A DNA stretch of 64,000 bases from Callorhinchus milii (taxonomy: Eukaryota), in the NCBI RefSeq assembly GCF_018977255.1, contig NW_024704742.1:47926001-47990000 (forward strand), in the 5' to 3' direction. Positions 11,687-24,530 of the stretch are shown here, piece after piece. A program made the position numbers and the translations under genes. The first letter of the stretch is position 1. Every line of letters begins with the position of its first letter. The notes below the pieces were generated by a model, which was not told where the DNA came from, searched no databases, and saw only the letters and a program-made list of their open reading frames with translations.

Positions 11687-12502
11687 AGTGACGACTGTTG
11701 GTGACTTGACTGGTTGAGAATGCTTCAGTTTTAATGGTTATTTATTTGATGTCTAGCTTTTGAACAACTCAAGCAATTAGAATATTAAGTAAAAACATTT
11801 TTAGTTAATGGAAAAGATGACGCCAGGGTCCAGAACAGAAATAAAGAATGTCAAAGAATGAAACTTGAGACTCGAATGGAAGACTTTTATATAACCTAGA
11901 ATGGACAGAAGCTGAAAGGACAGAAAAAGGAAAATCTATTGACTATTTAAAATACTTATCAAAATACCTTCTAAAGTTATCCCTTAAACAAATCCATATT
12001 TGTGAACATTAAACGATTAGATGTGCTCTTAATAATGTACTGTAATAAGTGTGTTCTGATATAATCTAATCCCTTTAGAACAGTTTCATGAAATTGGCAT
12101 ATCTACAGCACATGAAGTTGATCCCTGTGTCTGACTAGTCAGCTTTTGAGCATTTATCAGATGTTCCAAAAGGAACAACCACACCAAACATATTACAGGT
12201 TGTCTGTTCATTGTTGGATAAGTGATAAAGAACTAACAATGAAACAGTAGATTGGATATTTAAACAAAAACAAATCTTTCCTGCTCTCCTAAAGCTGTCA
12301 ATTTATTTTGTTTGGTCAGCTGAAGTCTTGACATGTGCAGAAATCTAATACCATGCTTAAGAATATCAAAACCAGACTGAGTTCCACTGTGTAGGCTCTC
12401 AACATGTGGAAATGTCATTGTTTAAAGTGGCATGCACCCGTCTCTCCTTGAGGGGCTCACCAGTTTACATCATTCTGGAGAGTATGAGGTTCTGGTTGGG
12501 GA

Positions 12503-12735
12503 GAACCTTGGGCAAGTTTGCTTACTCCACACACCTAATAATAATCCCTCCAAAACAGTAATAAATTGGTCATTTTCAATCCACGACTGTTTGTGGGACA
12601 CTGCTGTGCACAATTGGCTGCCGCGTTTCGTCCACAAATATACAGTCAATTCACTTTACAGTCTATCCTATGAAGTGTTTTGAGACGTTGAGAAGACGTG
12701 AAAAGTGCTATATCAAATTCAAGGATTATTATTAT
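12503..12735 (+). mobile_element. tRNA-derived SINE (L2-tailed), 5'-truncated
   Basis: Matches the body and tail of the full-length copy at 23007. Confidence 0.9.
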
Positions 12736-12739
12736 AACC

Positions 12740-13035
12740 AAGTTAACACTCCAGAGTTTGTTTTGGGGTACTCTTGGTTTAACCAGCCAAATCCAAATTG
12801 GTGCAATAGAATGCCCCACCGGGCAAGTTTCTCGCTGCTTTTCCAGCTCAGACCACCTCCTACCCATTAGGGCTTTCGCTTGCAGTGTTAACAGAAGTGG
12901 GAAGAATTCCTACCCCCCTCCCCCAATACTGATCACTACGCCCCTTAAAGTCCTGTCCATGAGCCAAACTGGCTGTCATCAATACAACACTAGAGTATAT
13001 TGGACCCGTCTGGCTCAGGAACCAGACTACCAACA
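12740..13035 (+). repeat. Unclassified interspersed repeat (family X)
   Basis: Shares AAGTCCTG..ATGAGCCA and GGACCC..TGGCTCAGGAAC with 15165-15330, 46640-47040, 47325-47390 (-) and 49920-50310 (-). Confidence 0.65.
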
Positions 13036-13442
13036 CTTAATTCAATTAATCCAAAATGACGCTGCCCAGATACTCACCCACACAAAACTCCGTGCCCCCA
13101 TCACACCATTGACTCCACTGGCTCCCAATTACCGAATGGATCAATTTTAAGATCCTCACTCATTTTCAAATCCTGGCTGGCTCCAGCCTCCTGTTCATCC
13201 CTCATCCTATTTACTCCACCATCGGTGGCTATGTCTTTAGCCACTATGCCTCGAAACTCTGAAACTCCCTCCCTCCCTCCCTCACCACTTTCAAATCCCA
13301 CCTAAAGACCTTCCTTTTTGATAATGCTTACAGTCACCTCCGCCCTTCCTCTCCCCCTGGCTTGGCATCAGACTCCGCCACTGTCAAGCGCTGCTGGACG
13401 CTACCCCGCGCGAAGCACTCCATATAAACGCAAGTTGTTGTT
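13036..13442 (+). mobile_element. L2 LINE 3' fragment (older)
   Basis: IQLIQNDAAQILTHTK..PITP motif and tail ..ATATAAACGCAAGTTGTTGTT. Confidence 0.85.
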
Positions 13443-14449
13443 AATGCAATTTGTTGTTATTGCCACACTGATTCAATTCTGACATTCCATTGCCAAGCAC
13501 GTCACTTTGAAGCCAGCTCAGCTCCACAGAGACTCCACTTCCTATTAATTTATGCTGTGTGCAAAACCATTGGCGTCTGTTGCCCTCCAGTATTTCTAAG
13601 CGGCAATTGTTTATGTGGAAGTCGAGCTGGTGAGTGTCAGAAAACTATTAGTCTGTAGAAAGCATCACAACTGGGGCCAATCTTTCCTCATCAGAGATGC
13701 ACATGTTACTCAGTGTGGAATGCAAAGGGTCTGTTCGCCTCTCCTGATTTCTCCCCCATTGACCATTGAGGTCAATGTTAGTGCTCCCTGGTGTCCTGGC
13801 TGTTAGTTGATGTTACACAAATTATGAACAACACTGTTCTGATTCTGCATGATTTATGCTAGGTTGCGGAGTGCCTGGATTAAAGAAAAGAATTCAGGAA
13901 CTTTTATTTTTAGTGTTGTCACTTCCCCTCAACTTGGTTCAGTCAATTTGAATCACAATTTAGTGGTTCAAAAAAGAGTTTAGCCTAGAAACAGAAATGC
14001 GTAGCGCAAAAGCAAGCAATTCGTCGTATGAAGTCTGTACTGGCTCGCACAACATTATTGTAGGTTTTAAAATGTTTGTGTCTATATTGCCACAGACCAA
14101 TTTATGCTCTAGGTTAGATGCAGAACTCATTCCTGAACCTGGCAGACACTTTTCTGAGATAATCCTGCTGTGTACATTTTTAAATGCCTACGTTTTCTGT
14201 TTTTTCACTCAAGGAAGTACATTATGTCAACTGAACACCTTCCAGATGTCTTTAGTTTTAGAGTAACATAATATCCCACTAATCAGGTGCTACTTTAGAA
14301 TCTTATTTATTCATGAGTAGCTATAAATTGTTCAGATTATATGATTTGATTCCCGAAAAGCTAAGTAGGAAATTGCATGAGTCTTTCTGCTTGTGACGAC
14401 GGACTACCTGTCTTCTACATATTCCGATTAGACTAAGGGATTGTTCTAA

Positions 14450-14600
14450 TTATCAATAACATTTAATATGACTTGCGCGAAGTCAGAGTTGCAGGTAAAC
14501 TTGTATAAGTTGTATAAAATCAGATTTAATCAATCTACATTGCACATATATAATTCAATACAACCGGTAAGTGTGCATGTGGTAGTTCATCACTGTGATG
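14450..14600 (+). mobile_element. DNA-transposon (hAT-like) end, homologous to 57700-57860
   Basis: GAGTTGCAGG..AAATCAGATTTAATCAATC..GGTAAGTGTGCATG..TCATCACTG matches the reverse complement of 57700-57860. Confidence 0.6.
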
Positions 14601-15741
14601 TTTCCCACGATTCAATGCAACTAGCCTTATGTAGCCATTGCCCTTCCAGTGCATCTCCTGGGTCCGCGGTGAAAAAAGAACAGATTCATTGTTTTTATTG
14701 GCCTTGACAATTCACAAAATTAATATCTAGAATGAAGAGAAAGGTTTAGCTGTAATTAATGTGGAGAATAAATTTGAGTTACATACCCTAGAATTAAGGA
14801 GGTTGAGAGCTGATTTGATTTGAGGTATTTAAAATAATGAGGAATTGACATGCAGTGACATTTTGGATTTTTGGAAAAGTAAATGTGGGTCCATATCTCT
14901 GTCATGTTATAGGCTTCCCAATGAAGTATATTATAATGGAGTTCCATTCTAGTTACTTGGGAATTTTATGAATTAAAGTTTATGAGGATTGGAATTAAAG
15001 ATCGGCCATGACCTAATAAATGAACAGACTAAATGCCTACTCCTGACATCATGTTTCCACCCACAATAATCTGCTGTAGTTTCAGTTTTTCTGTATTATA
15101 TTAGAATAATAATTCTTTGAATTTGATATAGCATCTTTCAAATCAGGAAAATGTTTCAATGCGTCTCTGCTGAAGTCTTAACCAGCTCGGACTATCCGGC
15201 TGGTCAGGGCTTTGACTTAAAGGGTTAAAAGGGACCGAGTGGGATGACTCCCTGCCCCCAGTCTGCCCTTCCAAGTCCTGCTGATGAGCCAGGCTGGTTG
15301 TGCTGTCATCAGCAGGAAGCTTGCCAGGCAGTGAGATCAATGGCAAGCTATGCAGTTTCAGCTGGTTATCATGAGTTCAATGTAGTGGCATGGGATCTTT
15401 AAAGTCCCTCTGAGCAGGCAGACAGATCTGATCCAAAAGGCAGCACCTCCAACATTATGGTGCTGCATTGCATTGACACTGTATTGGAGTGTCAACCTCG
15501 ACAAAGATCCACCTTGGGGATACTGAGATCAGATGAATAATTCAGTCAGTGGTTTTGTTAGGTTCGTCACATTGAAATGGATTTGGGCCATTTACATAGC
15601 TCAGCTTTTCCAATGTCTGGAATGCAGCATGGTGACATTTTTGACATTCAGCTGCTAATGATGTTAGGATCCTGAATCTTCTCCATTGATAAGTATTCTC
15701 AGTGTGAACCTTATAGTTGGGTGAGCAGGGTGTGCTCCTCT

Positions 15742-15875
15742 AGGGACTGTTTGTGTGCAATTGGCTGCCATGTTTTGTCCACAAAATATAGTCAATTCAC
15801 TTTACAGTATATTTGGTGAAGCACTTTGAGATGTCTCAATGATGTGAAAAGGTGCTATATCAAATGTATTATTAT
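15742..15875 (+). mobile_element. tRNA-SINE 3' half
   Basis: GCAATTGGCTGCC..GTCAATTCACTTTACAG..GCTATATCAAATG tail. Confidence 0.8.
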
Positions 15876-16410
15876 AATACATAAATGCGCTAAGTAAGAT
15901 TCAAGCGTTGTACCAGGGAGACTAATGTTAGTGCAATGTTCAACAGATGTGCAAACTTTAAAAACACAGCCTCAATAAAATTAGGTTCCACGTCAAAGTG
16001 GCAAGGATTGCTGGGACAGATTTCTTGGTGTTGACTGCTGTTATACTTCTGGTTTCTTACCTTAATTAAGTATTCCCTTATAGGGTGTGTTTCCCACATT
16101 GGGTTGAGATCTGTATGTGCAGTTTGGCAGGGTTTCCATTTGCCAGTTTGTGCCAGATCATTGTAAATTCTGATTTCAGCTTGGCTATATAAACAAATTG
16201 GTTGTAGAAAATAACTGTAAGGCTTGCAAATGTATGGCTTCTGTTATGCTGTGTGGTCTGACTGAAATGGACCTAGCAAATCTAATAATATTCTTGTCCA
16301 ATCAAACCTACTGTACCGAGCCTTTACAGATGTGAATATGTCCAAATAAACACAAAATATAATCCTATTGCCACCTACTGCTTATTTTTATTCTTGAATT
16401 TCTTTTTCAG

Positions 16411-16485
16411 AATGCAGTAATAGTGGCCTTGTCTTCACAATCTTGGGACGTGGAGTGTGCAACAGAACGACTGCTTAGCAACTGA
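16411..16485 (+). CDS. UBE2K: UBE2K terminal coding exon (UBA domain end plus stop)
   Basis: ctttttcag|AAT GCA GTA..AGC AAC TGA; NAVIVALSSQSWDVECATERLLSN*. Confidence 0.97.
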   Translation, partial: NAVIVALSSQSWDVECATERLLSN

Positions 16486-17450
16486 AGAATTCTGGGATTG
16501 CTTCTCCCAAAGGCCAGGCGCCCTTTCCCTTGACAAACACCTCTGCCCTTTTATTTCTGGGTTCTGCATAGATTCCAATTTAAGTATCACTGTAAAATGT
16601 GATGATGGCTATAAACGAGACTGGATTCGATGCTCTGTAAATATAGCTCTCAAAAGATCTGTGTAAATTAAACGAGAGGGGAAACAAAGGGGAAAAAGTG
16701 AAGTACTTTTAATTTCTTTCCTACTTGGCATTGTAAGGATCCTGAATTTGAGTTGCATTCATCCCTGAAGATGACATACACCTGGTTTAGTGCAGTTTTA
16801 ACAAGGTGACCAAGGGTCTCAATTGCATCAGCTGTTTTTGTTAAAGAATGTGGTCTGCATCTTAGAAAAAGGCTTTATTTTTGAATGTGTCATGGCTGTT
16901 GATGTAGCCATTATATATGGTAATAATGCTCCTGATCAGGTTTTATTTTCTGTTCAGTGAGAGGCTGCTTCACTATTATTTAATTGTGTCATTAATGCAC
17001 ATGGTCTTTTATGACTTCAAAAAAACATTTTAATAGTACCTTATCATGTGAGGATCCTTGAGTATCCTACCATGGTTACATTGTTCTCTAGAAGCCTTTG
17101 CTGTGACACAATCAAAAAGAGTTTAAAAGGCTAGTTTTTCTTGAACTGTTTGAGCTGTTAAGCAATTCAATAACTGCTTAAAGGTGGTTTAGAATTGTTC
17201 AACAAGTGCTTCAAAACATTCACTCTCTGCTTGTTTCACATTTTCTATATTACACTTTGGAGGCTGTGGTGGCTGTACTCTTGCTGTAAATAACTTATAG
17301 CTCACATAGAGATAGAGGTTTGTTATTGATCAGATGTTTGCACTCTGTTCAGTGTCTCTGAAAATTCATAAATGGGATATTACTTTTATCACCCTGTACA
17401 TAGAGCTAAGCTTTTTATTCGTATTAAAATGGTATTTCATCTTAAAAGTT
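16486..17450 (+). other. UBE2K: UBE2K proximal 3'UTR (longer isoforms possible)
   Basis: Repeat-free, U-rich sequence after the stop; TGTACATA at 17395-17402 and ATTAAA at 17423-17428. The true end is not determinable without RNA data. Confidence 0.55.
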
Positions 17451-18720
17451 TACATTAACATTGGGGTCATTTAATACTGTGGTTGATTTATCAAACATCT
17501 GCAAAGATTAATTGAAAAAAAGAAAGTGATTTATTCTTTGTTAGTAAACCTATTGACAATCAGTTAGTGTCAGTTACAAATGCACGCTTTTCAAATGTAG
17601 TGTGCGTATTTAGTTTGAAGTGATTATTTCTCCATGAGGATAAACTACATAAGGTTTGGAAGTGACAAGATCTTTAAAACTCGGCTGATTTTGGATCTTA
17701 ACTGCATGCTTCTAATTTATTTCCCACACTAACTAGTTCTTTTGTTTGTGATCAGAAAAGGCATTTACTTGACTGAGAACCAGTATGAGGTTTGTATTTT
17801 TTTACTTTTAGGTTGTCATTCAACCACGGAGATATGGTTTAAGAGCACAGGCTGCTGCCAATGGGAATTTGTGTTTTTCATTACGCACATTAAAAACATT
17901 TGGATTGAGAATAGTCTTATTTGGCCATTAATTTTGATCTACTGTTCAAATTCAATTATTCCTGAAAACCTCATCTATTGTAATCTTGTTCCAGAATTAA
18001 ACTGAGATCCCTCTACACTCCTGATGATCCTTATCCTCTCCACCCCCACCCCAAAAAATTACTTTGTAACCATCTGGTGGGAGATTAATTTATTTGTTCC
18101 ACCCTAATGAGAAGTGCCTCCATTCTGGCTCAGTTCATGTCCAGAATTTGCAGTAAAGAGAATGCAAACCTGTGGCAGGTACAATGAATCATTTGATACT
18201 CTGAATCTATTATTGGGAAGAGATGTGTAATCATTTCTGTCCTCCAGACTGGGAATGGTTGAGGCCAATTGTGACTACTGCTAACTCATGAGTGATCAGG
18301 ATTAAACATCTATGGCTCAGTGATATAACATCCAATGTGGAGATGGTTGACTTACTGGAAGTGACAACTCTCAGTGGCTTGGCTGATGTCCCAGCCCCAT
18401 CTCTATCTATGTATAAATGTGGTTTCTGTAAATTATTTCCTTGGCCAATTTTTCTTCTCCATTTTTCTTCCTTTTTTCATTTATTGAAGTAGAGTTCTAT
18501 TAGCGTCTGCTTCTCTCCAGCACTTTGCCCATTTGACAATGATTCATGTGTGAGTTTTGGCAGTCTGTTGGAGGGCCATTCAGCTGGAGGGGACATTGTA
18601 CATATACATTATTGAGGTGGGATTTCATTGGACTTTGCTTATATTCAAATTCATTTGAAGCACTTTCAGTTGCAATTAAATTCTGATCATTCTAAGATTA
18701 TTATCCCTGGATTGCTTTTC

Positions 18721-18911
18721 CAGGGGTAATAATCCCTTAAAAAAATAATAATAATTTTGTAATTAAATCCACTGCTGTGCTTAATTGGCTGCTCTGTTTC
18801 GCCAATAAAATGGAGTCAATTCACTTAACAGTATATCCTGTGAAGCGCTTTGAGACATCTCAACTATGTGATAAAGCGTTATATCAAATGCAAGGATTAT
18901 TATTATTATTA
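18721..18911 (+). mobile_element. tRNA-SINE 3' half
   Basis: GGGGTAATAATCCC..GTCAATTCACTT..CAAATGCAAGGATTATTATTATT. Confidence 0.85.
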
Positions 18912-18912
18912 T

Positions 18913-19549
18913 CACTCTGTGTGCTCCTGCAAAAAATTCTCCAAATTGTTTCTGATGGTGACCCTTCCCTCACTTTTTGCCTTCATTCCTGCAAACTTCC
19001 CTATCTTGATACTTTGATAATCGCTCTTCCCAACTTACCTGTTGTCCTCACGTAAGTAGCCTTTATGCTCTTTTCCCCTCTCCCTTTGCTAAAGTTAAAA
19101 TGTATTACATTATTCCTATTAAATTTCATGGCAAGAACTATTCTATATGATTTTAAAATTTAAGCTTGATTTTTATCTACCCATATCTTGAAATACATCT
19201 AATTTCCCTGTTACTCTTCAGCTTAAATCTTGGAGATACACATCTTCAAGGGGACGTTATAAAGATGTACAATATAATGAGCTATTAGTGAAGACAGTTA
19301 ATAGTTTGATCCTGTAATGGGAAGATGAGGGTGAGTGATCTTGCAATAGTCCATCCACTTCTCAGTTGTTGAATCAGGGATATTAAATGTATTAAACATA
19401 CTATTATACAGTCCCAGGTACCAGCTTAGTCAAAGACAGTTTTGACTTGATCTGACTTTGGGTCAGAAACCTTGATAGCTCAGAATGATTTGACCTTTTT
19501 TTTCTACGTAGCATAACAAAAGGTTGCAGAATTAAAGGGATGGACAAAA
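18913..19549 (+). repeat. Local duplication, copy 1
   Basis: Direct, colinear match to 26571-27518 from CACTCTGTGTGCTCCTG to ATGGACAAAAG. Confidence 0.9.
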
Positions 19550-19621
19550 GTATATCCTGTGAAGTGCTTTGAGACATGTGATAAGGCATTATATCAAATG
19601 CAAGGATTATTATTATTATTT
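19549..19621 (+). mobile_element. tRNA-SINE tail
   Basis: GTATATCCTGTGAAGTGCTTTGAGACAT..CAAATGCAAGGATTATTATT. Confidence 0.85.
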
Positions 19622-22600
19622 TGTTCATAATGAGGAGGCGCTAAAGCCAATTGTAATCCTTCACAGCAATTCCTTGGCTGTAGTTTGCTAACTCAACACA
19701 GAATTTGAACCTTAAGCATTTTGGTCTGTATATCTTTGTGCTCCATTAGTTAGTATATTTACCTGTTATAATGGCTGTTGGACAGCTATAAAAGCTTATT
19801 TTAAAAAAAAGTAAAACTGCTGTGTACAGTCCACATTTGCTGCACCCTATGCAGGTATTGCCAAATCTACAGATTGGTTTTAAAAAGTTTCATATCTGTT
19901 ATCTAAATAGTTTAATTGGGTTTGGAAGTCACTACCTCTGATTTCCCCTTCTACTCATTCAACCCTCCCAAAATTTGTTTTAAAAAGTTTTTACATTTAA
20001 AGTGTGAAACAAGGCTTTAAATTAATTTTTGCAGAAATAATTGCTTCAGATTTACTGTAGCTTACTACCTGTCTGTTGCGAAAACAGATAGATAGTTAAC
20101 TTGTAGAATACCTATAACACATACAACAGCAGATGGCTTGCTAGTACTCGCCCCAGTTAGAACAAATTTGATCTAAACACCTTGAGTTCATATGAAATGT
20201 CAGTTTATAGATGAATCTGTATATATGCAAATTGTTAATGGAGTCCCTCAAAAGGAAACTTTTTTGAGCCAGTAAACAAATACTTGTACTGCATCCATAA
20301 AAAACAAAAACATAGAGATTTCTATTTACCCAAATAGCTCGATGTGTAAAGTACACAGCCTGTATAGTGAGTATCATTACATTTCTTTGCTTGAATGCTT
20401 GATTTGCTAGCATTTTAGGACTGCTTCTCTAATAGTCTTCATTGGAAAGTGAATGAAGATACTGTCATTACATTAGAGCTGTTTGGAAGGAGTTAATTTT
20501 TGTGCCGTGTGTTTAATACAATGTGGGATTAAGGCCTATCTGTGAAGGACTGGAGTTTTGACCCTTAGGATCTTTTTTCCCTGAAAGTTCTTAAAGTTTA
20601 CCAAAGGTATCTTTTGGAATTGAGCAGCAGACTTTGCTTGAGTATTTTCAGTTACTAAATGTTTCTTTCCTCTTCCCTTATATGTGTGTGGCTCCTACCC
20701 CAGCTGTTATTACCCTATGTATCTCTGCAACTCAGCCTGTTTCAAAGCCAATGCCATTGCTATCTAGTTCCTGAGAAGTGTCAAGTGGAAGCATCCATTT
20801 GACTTTTCTTTTCTTGTACAATGCGTGCAAGACTGGTTGCTCTTTAGTCTGAAGTTTAAATCTCCTCCCGCCACCCCCACTCCATGCTGGTCGTAAATAA
20901 TTCCTCTATTTAAACTTGGGAAATAGAACCCAAAGGAATTATTTTCAGTAAACGTGGATTGATTGATAACTGACCATTAACTTGTCAGGTCAATTACACA
21001 ATTGATTGTTAAAATCAGGTTTTTGTTATTGGTAAATTATTGCAGCTCGAGCACTGTTTATATGCACTATATTTATTGCAAAATGTCATCTCAAGGGGAT
21101 ACATGCAGCGCTGAAATCCAGAATTTTCTACTCAAGTCCAAATGTGGTGACTTTTACTTGTATATTGTCATTTTTACTTAAAATTGTTCATATTTCATGA
21201 AGAACAGTCTATGACAGGAGCTGTATTTCCTTTGAACAGACTAACAATAATCAGCAATGCACTCACTGCCTCAGCCGCACTGGAATTAAACCACGAAGGA
21301 ATATAGCAAACATTCAACCCATTTTCAAGTCCAAATTAATTTCACTTAGTGTGTTATACAAAAACATGGGATATGATTTGTATTCCATGATAGCAAAGGT
21401 GAATTTGCAAGCGAGATGTCAGGTCAGCTACTATGTTCCCATTACATTGTTATAAATTCATATTCTGATGCAAACCTGCTTCATTTAAGGCTATTGTAGC
21501 TGTCTGATGGCTCAGCGACTTTATCCATTTGTGTAGCTGAGCCATTTAGATCAAGAGGAAAAAAAGGATTTGGTTCCCCATTTGTTTCATAACCAGATTA
21601 GTTTCTCAAACTTGTGTCTTCCAGCTGCAAGTTAAGTCTCTTTCAAAATTTGTAATTGGCTAACCTTGTGCCCTCTATGGAGCAGCAGTATTAGGTGATG
21701 TTTGTTATCCACCTTGCATTCATACGGCATAGAATGAAAAAGATCCCAGCACCCCTTAACTGATACCAGACATCTTTAACATGCTTTGCAAAATGCTGCA
21801 GGATTAGCCATGGAACGAAGTGATCCAACTGTGTTCTGAACACCAATCATTTTCAGCTACAGTAAAAAAAATGTGATATAATGGTAAGAATCACTCTTAA
21901 GATTCATGGTATGAAAAGGCTCTTCTGTTGCCTTACATTCACTGCCATCCCAAATTATTAATATTACTGTTTGGATAGCTCTTTTCAAAGAGCCGGCACA
22001 GACAGAATGGGCTGAATAGCCTCCTTCTGTGTTGTACAATTCTATAATATTGATTCAAGCGGAAGATTACAGTAGTAAACTATTGCATAGAAGCCTCTGT
22101 TAGAATTCCAGAATAGGAATTATTGCACACGACTGCAATTGTATTTCATATTTTTGAACAAATTTATTTAAGTTCAGTGTTCACAAAAATTATTTGAAAT
22201 TAACTAAATTTTTAGTTTACTATGCAAGCTGCCTACTACCGTAACGTTATTCCAGAAAAAAATGTACCGTGCAAAAGATATTCTTTCATTTTACATTGCA
22301 TCCAATATACCCCCGTCCCGATTACTTTTCCCCTTGAAACTTTTATCCATTAAAATGTTTCCCACACTTCTGCCACCAATTTGTTTTGTATTTTGTTGCT
22401 ATTTCCTTTGTGTGTGCGTGTGTTAAGCTTATTTTGGTGACAGTTTACTGTACAATGTACCTCTACTGCTTGTTCTTGACTTGTATAATCTGTCTATCTT
22501 GGCAAGCAACAGAGTAAAGAAATGCAAAATGAAAAGTGTTAGACAAGAATGGGGACTGAGGAAATCAGGTAGGTCTACACACCCGACTCCTCGGAAGCAC

Positions 22601-22885
22601 TCAACAGTGGGATGTGCTCCAAAGTGTGGTATCCTTCACACCTGCTGATTTGTGTTCAACTTGGGTGATCTACCTTCTGTACCTCTGGAAAACAGCGTAG
22701 CCAGTTTTAAGGGTGCAGCTTGCAGTTTGATCTCAGGAGACGATAGTTTCTTCTGTTGCCTGCTGAAGTCACTTGCCCACTACCAACCATCGGTAGGTAA
22801 CTGAAGACTTTATGGATATCTTATCGCTCATCAGACAATGTGCTTACTGGTTCAGTCCAAGGATCTAATTATTGCACAAGTAGTA

Positions 22886-22891
22886 AATAAA
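22886..22891 (+). terminator. Candidate distal polyadenylation signal of UBE2K
   Basis: AATAAA followed by U/GU-rich sequence; use is unverified. Confidence 0.3.
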
Positions 22892-23006
22892 AGTCAAAGC
22901 TGTTTTATTAATCCTTTGAATTATTCAGTTATAAATGTGCCACATACAAATTGTTCTTATTTTTAATGTGAGCAAGGACTTGGAAAATTTTGAACTGGTG
23001 GTAATT

Positions 23007-23323
23007 GTGGAGTCCTGTGGCTCAGTGACTTGAGCACTCGCTTTGCAAGCGAGAGACCTGAGTTCAATTCCAGGCAGGTCAGGGCGAAACCTTGGGCAAG
23101 TTTCCTTACTCCACACAGAGCCTAATAATAATCCCTCCAAAACAATAATAAATTGGTCATTTTCAATCCACAACTGTTTGTGGGACACTGCTGTGCGCAA
23201 TTGGCTGCTGCGTTCACCCACAAATATACAGTCAATTCACTTTACAGTATATTCTGTGAAGCGCTTTGGGACGTCCAAGACGTGAAAAGCGCTATATCAA
23301 AAGCAAGGATTATTATTATTATT
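23007..23323 (+). mobile_element. Full-length tRNA-derived SINE with L2-like tail
   Basis: Pol III A box (TGGCTCAGTGA) and B box (GTTCAATTCC); tail GCGCTATATCAAAAGCAAGGA followed by (TTA)n. Confidence 0.95.
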
Positions 23324-24282
23324 AATTGCTTAACTTAAAACTTTTGCAGCATTATTCCTTTAGCTACAACAGCATTAAATACCAACCTTGATTGGCTTTT
23401 TATCACTCAATGTAATACATTACCAGTTTTACAGTTCATTTCTCAATCCTTTCAATGGAACCTTTGACCTCACACGATGCATACTTCTTGGGGTAAACTA
23501 ATAGTTTTATTTTGGGGGGTAGTGATGTGTATTTACATAAATGTGAAAAACTCGCAGTGGAGTTAGCTAACCAGTCCACCATTCATAATTTTTTTTCTTC
23601 ATAATAAAATTGTCTTACCTGTATTTATAGGTAGATTTCTTTGCATAATCTGAGCAGTAATAGAAGGTTATGCTTGAAGGCTTAGTTGAAGGCTCATGTG
23701 GAACATTAACACCGGCATAGACCAGTTGGGCCAAATGGCTTGTTTCTATGCAGTATATTCTAATGTAATTATTTCTTTAAAATCCCTGATAGCAGTGGAG
23801 ATGGGGTTCAGTTGAAGCCACTCCAACCCTTCACGATTTTGAAAGTTACAAGGTGTAAATGTACAATCGGGTGCTGGGATTGGTTGTTAAACCTTACATA
23901 TGGGAGTATTACTGGTACAGTGTTTATGTTTTAGTAATTCAGATACTAATAATTATGTAACTGCAATTAGGCCTTCCAATTTAAGACTTACAGGGCAGCA
24001 GTAATATTTAAATACTTGGAAATAAGGAGGCTATATTTTTTCCTCATTAAAATCCAAATGTAGAAAAGGGTTTTCCAATTAGTGGTCTTGTGTACCTAAA
24101 GTGCAAAGGAAATCTTTCTCTTTTCCCTAATCTTACTAGAGCTGTGCAAATTAAGTTGATTTGAAATTAGAAAATTATTACTGTAAGACAACATTACATT
24201 TGTATAGACAGTGTTGCATGCTGACATTCAATAAGCAGAATACCTTGTTTTAAAAAAAAGTTCTCATACTTGTGACTGAGCC

Positions 24283-24530
24283 ATTTGATGTCTTGGATGA
24301 GAGGCTTTAATTGATCGAGCAGGAGGTGTGCCAAACCAACATTCCCACTCTTAGGCCTCGGGTGGATTCATGCCACTCACTGGTAGAGTAGATATCAGGA
24401 AGTTCTGGTAAAACCATTCTACCAATATGTTTAAGGATATAGCATATGAAGTGTTGATCAACAAGTAGCTTTCTGTTGTATTCAAACAGCATACATCACT
24501 GGAAAGATGGAAGAGACTATCCTGGAGTAG
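24283..24530 (+). mobile_element. Deu-domain SINE fragment
   Basis: TCTTGGATGAGAGGCTTTAATTGA..GGATTCATGCCACT..GGAAGTTCT; reverse complement of the 3490-3855 core. Confidence 0.5.

Noticed and set aside
15277-15316. CTGATGAG suggesting a hammerhead ribozyme core
   Set aside because: No stem II followed by GAAA; the motif is one arm of an 11-bp inverted repeat (CCTGCTGATGA/TCATCAGCAGG) in a family X copy.
23007-23090. tRNA gene-like sequence (also at 26771, 43974, 50486, 59011)
   Set aside because: SINE heads: each continues into the same body and tail and lacks a proper acceptor stem.
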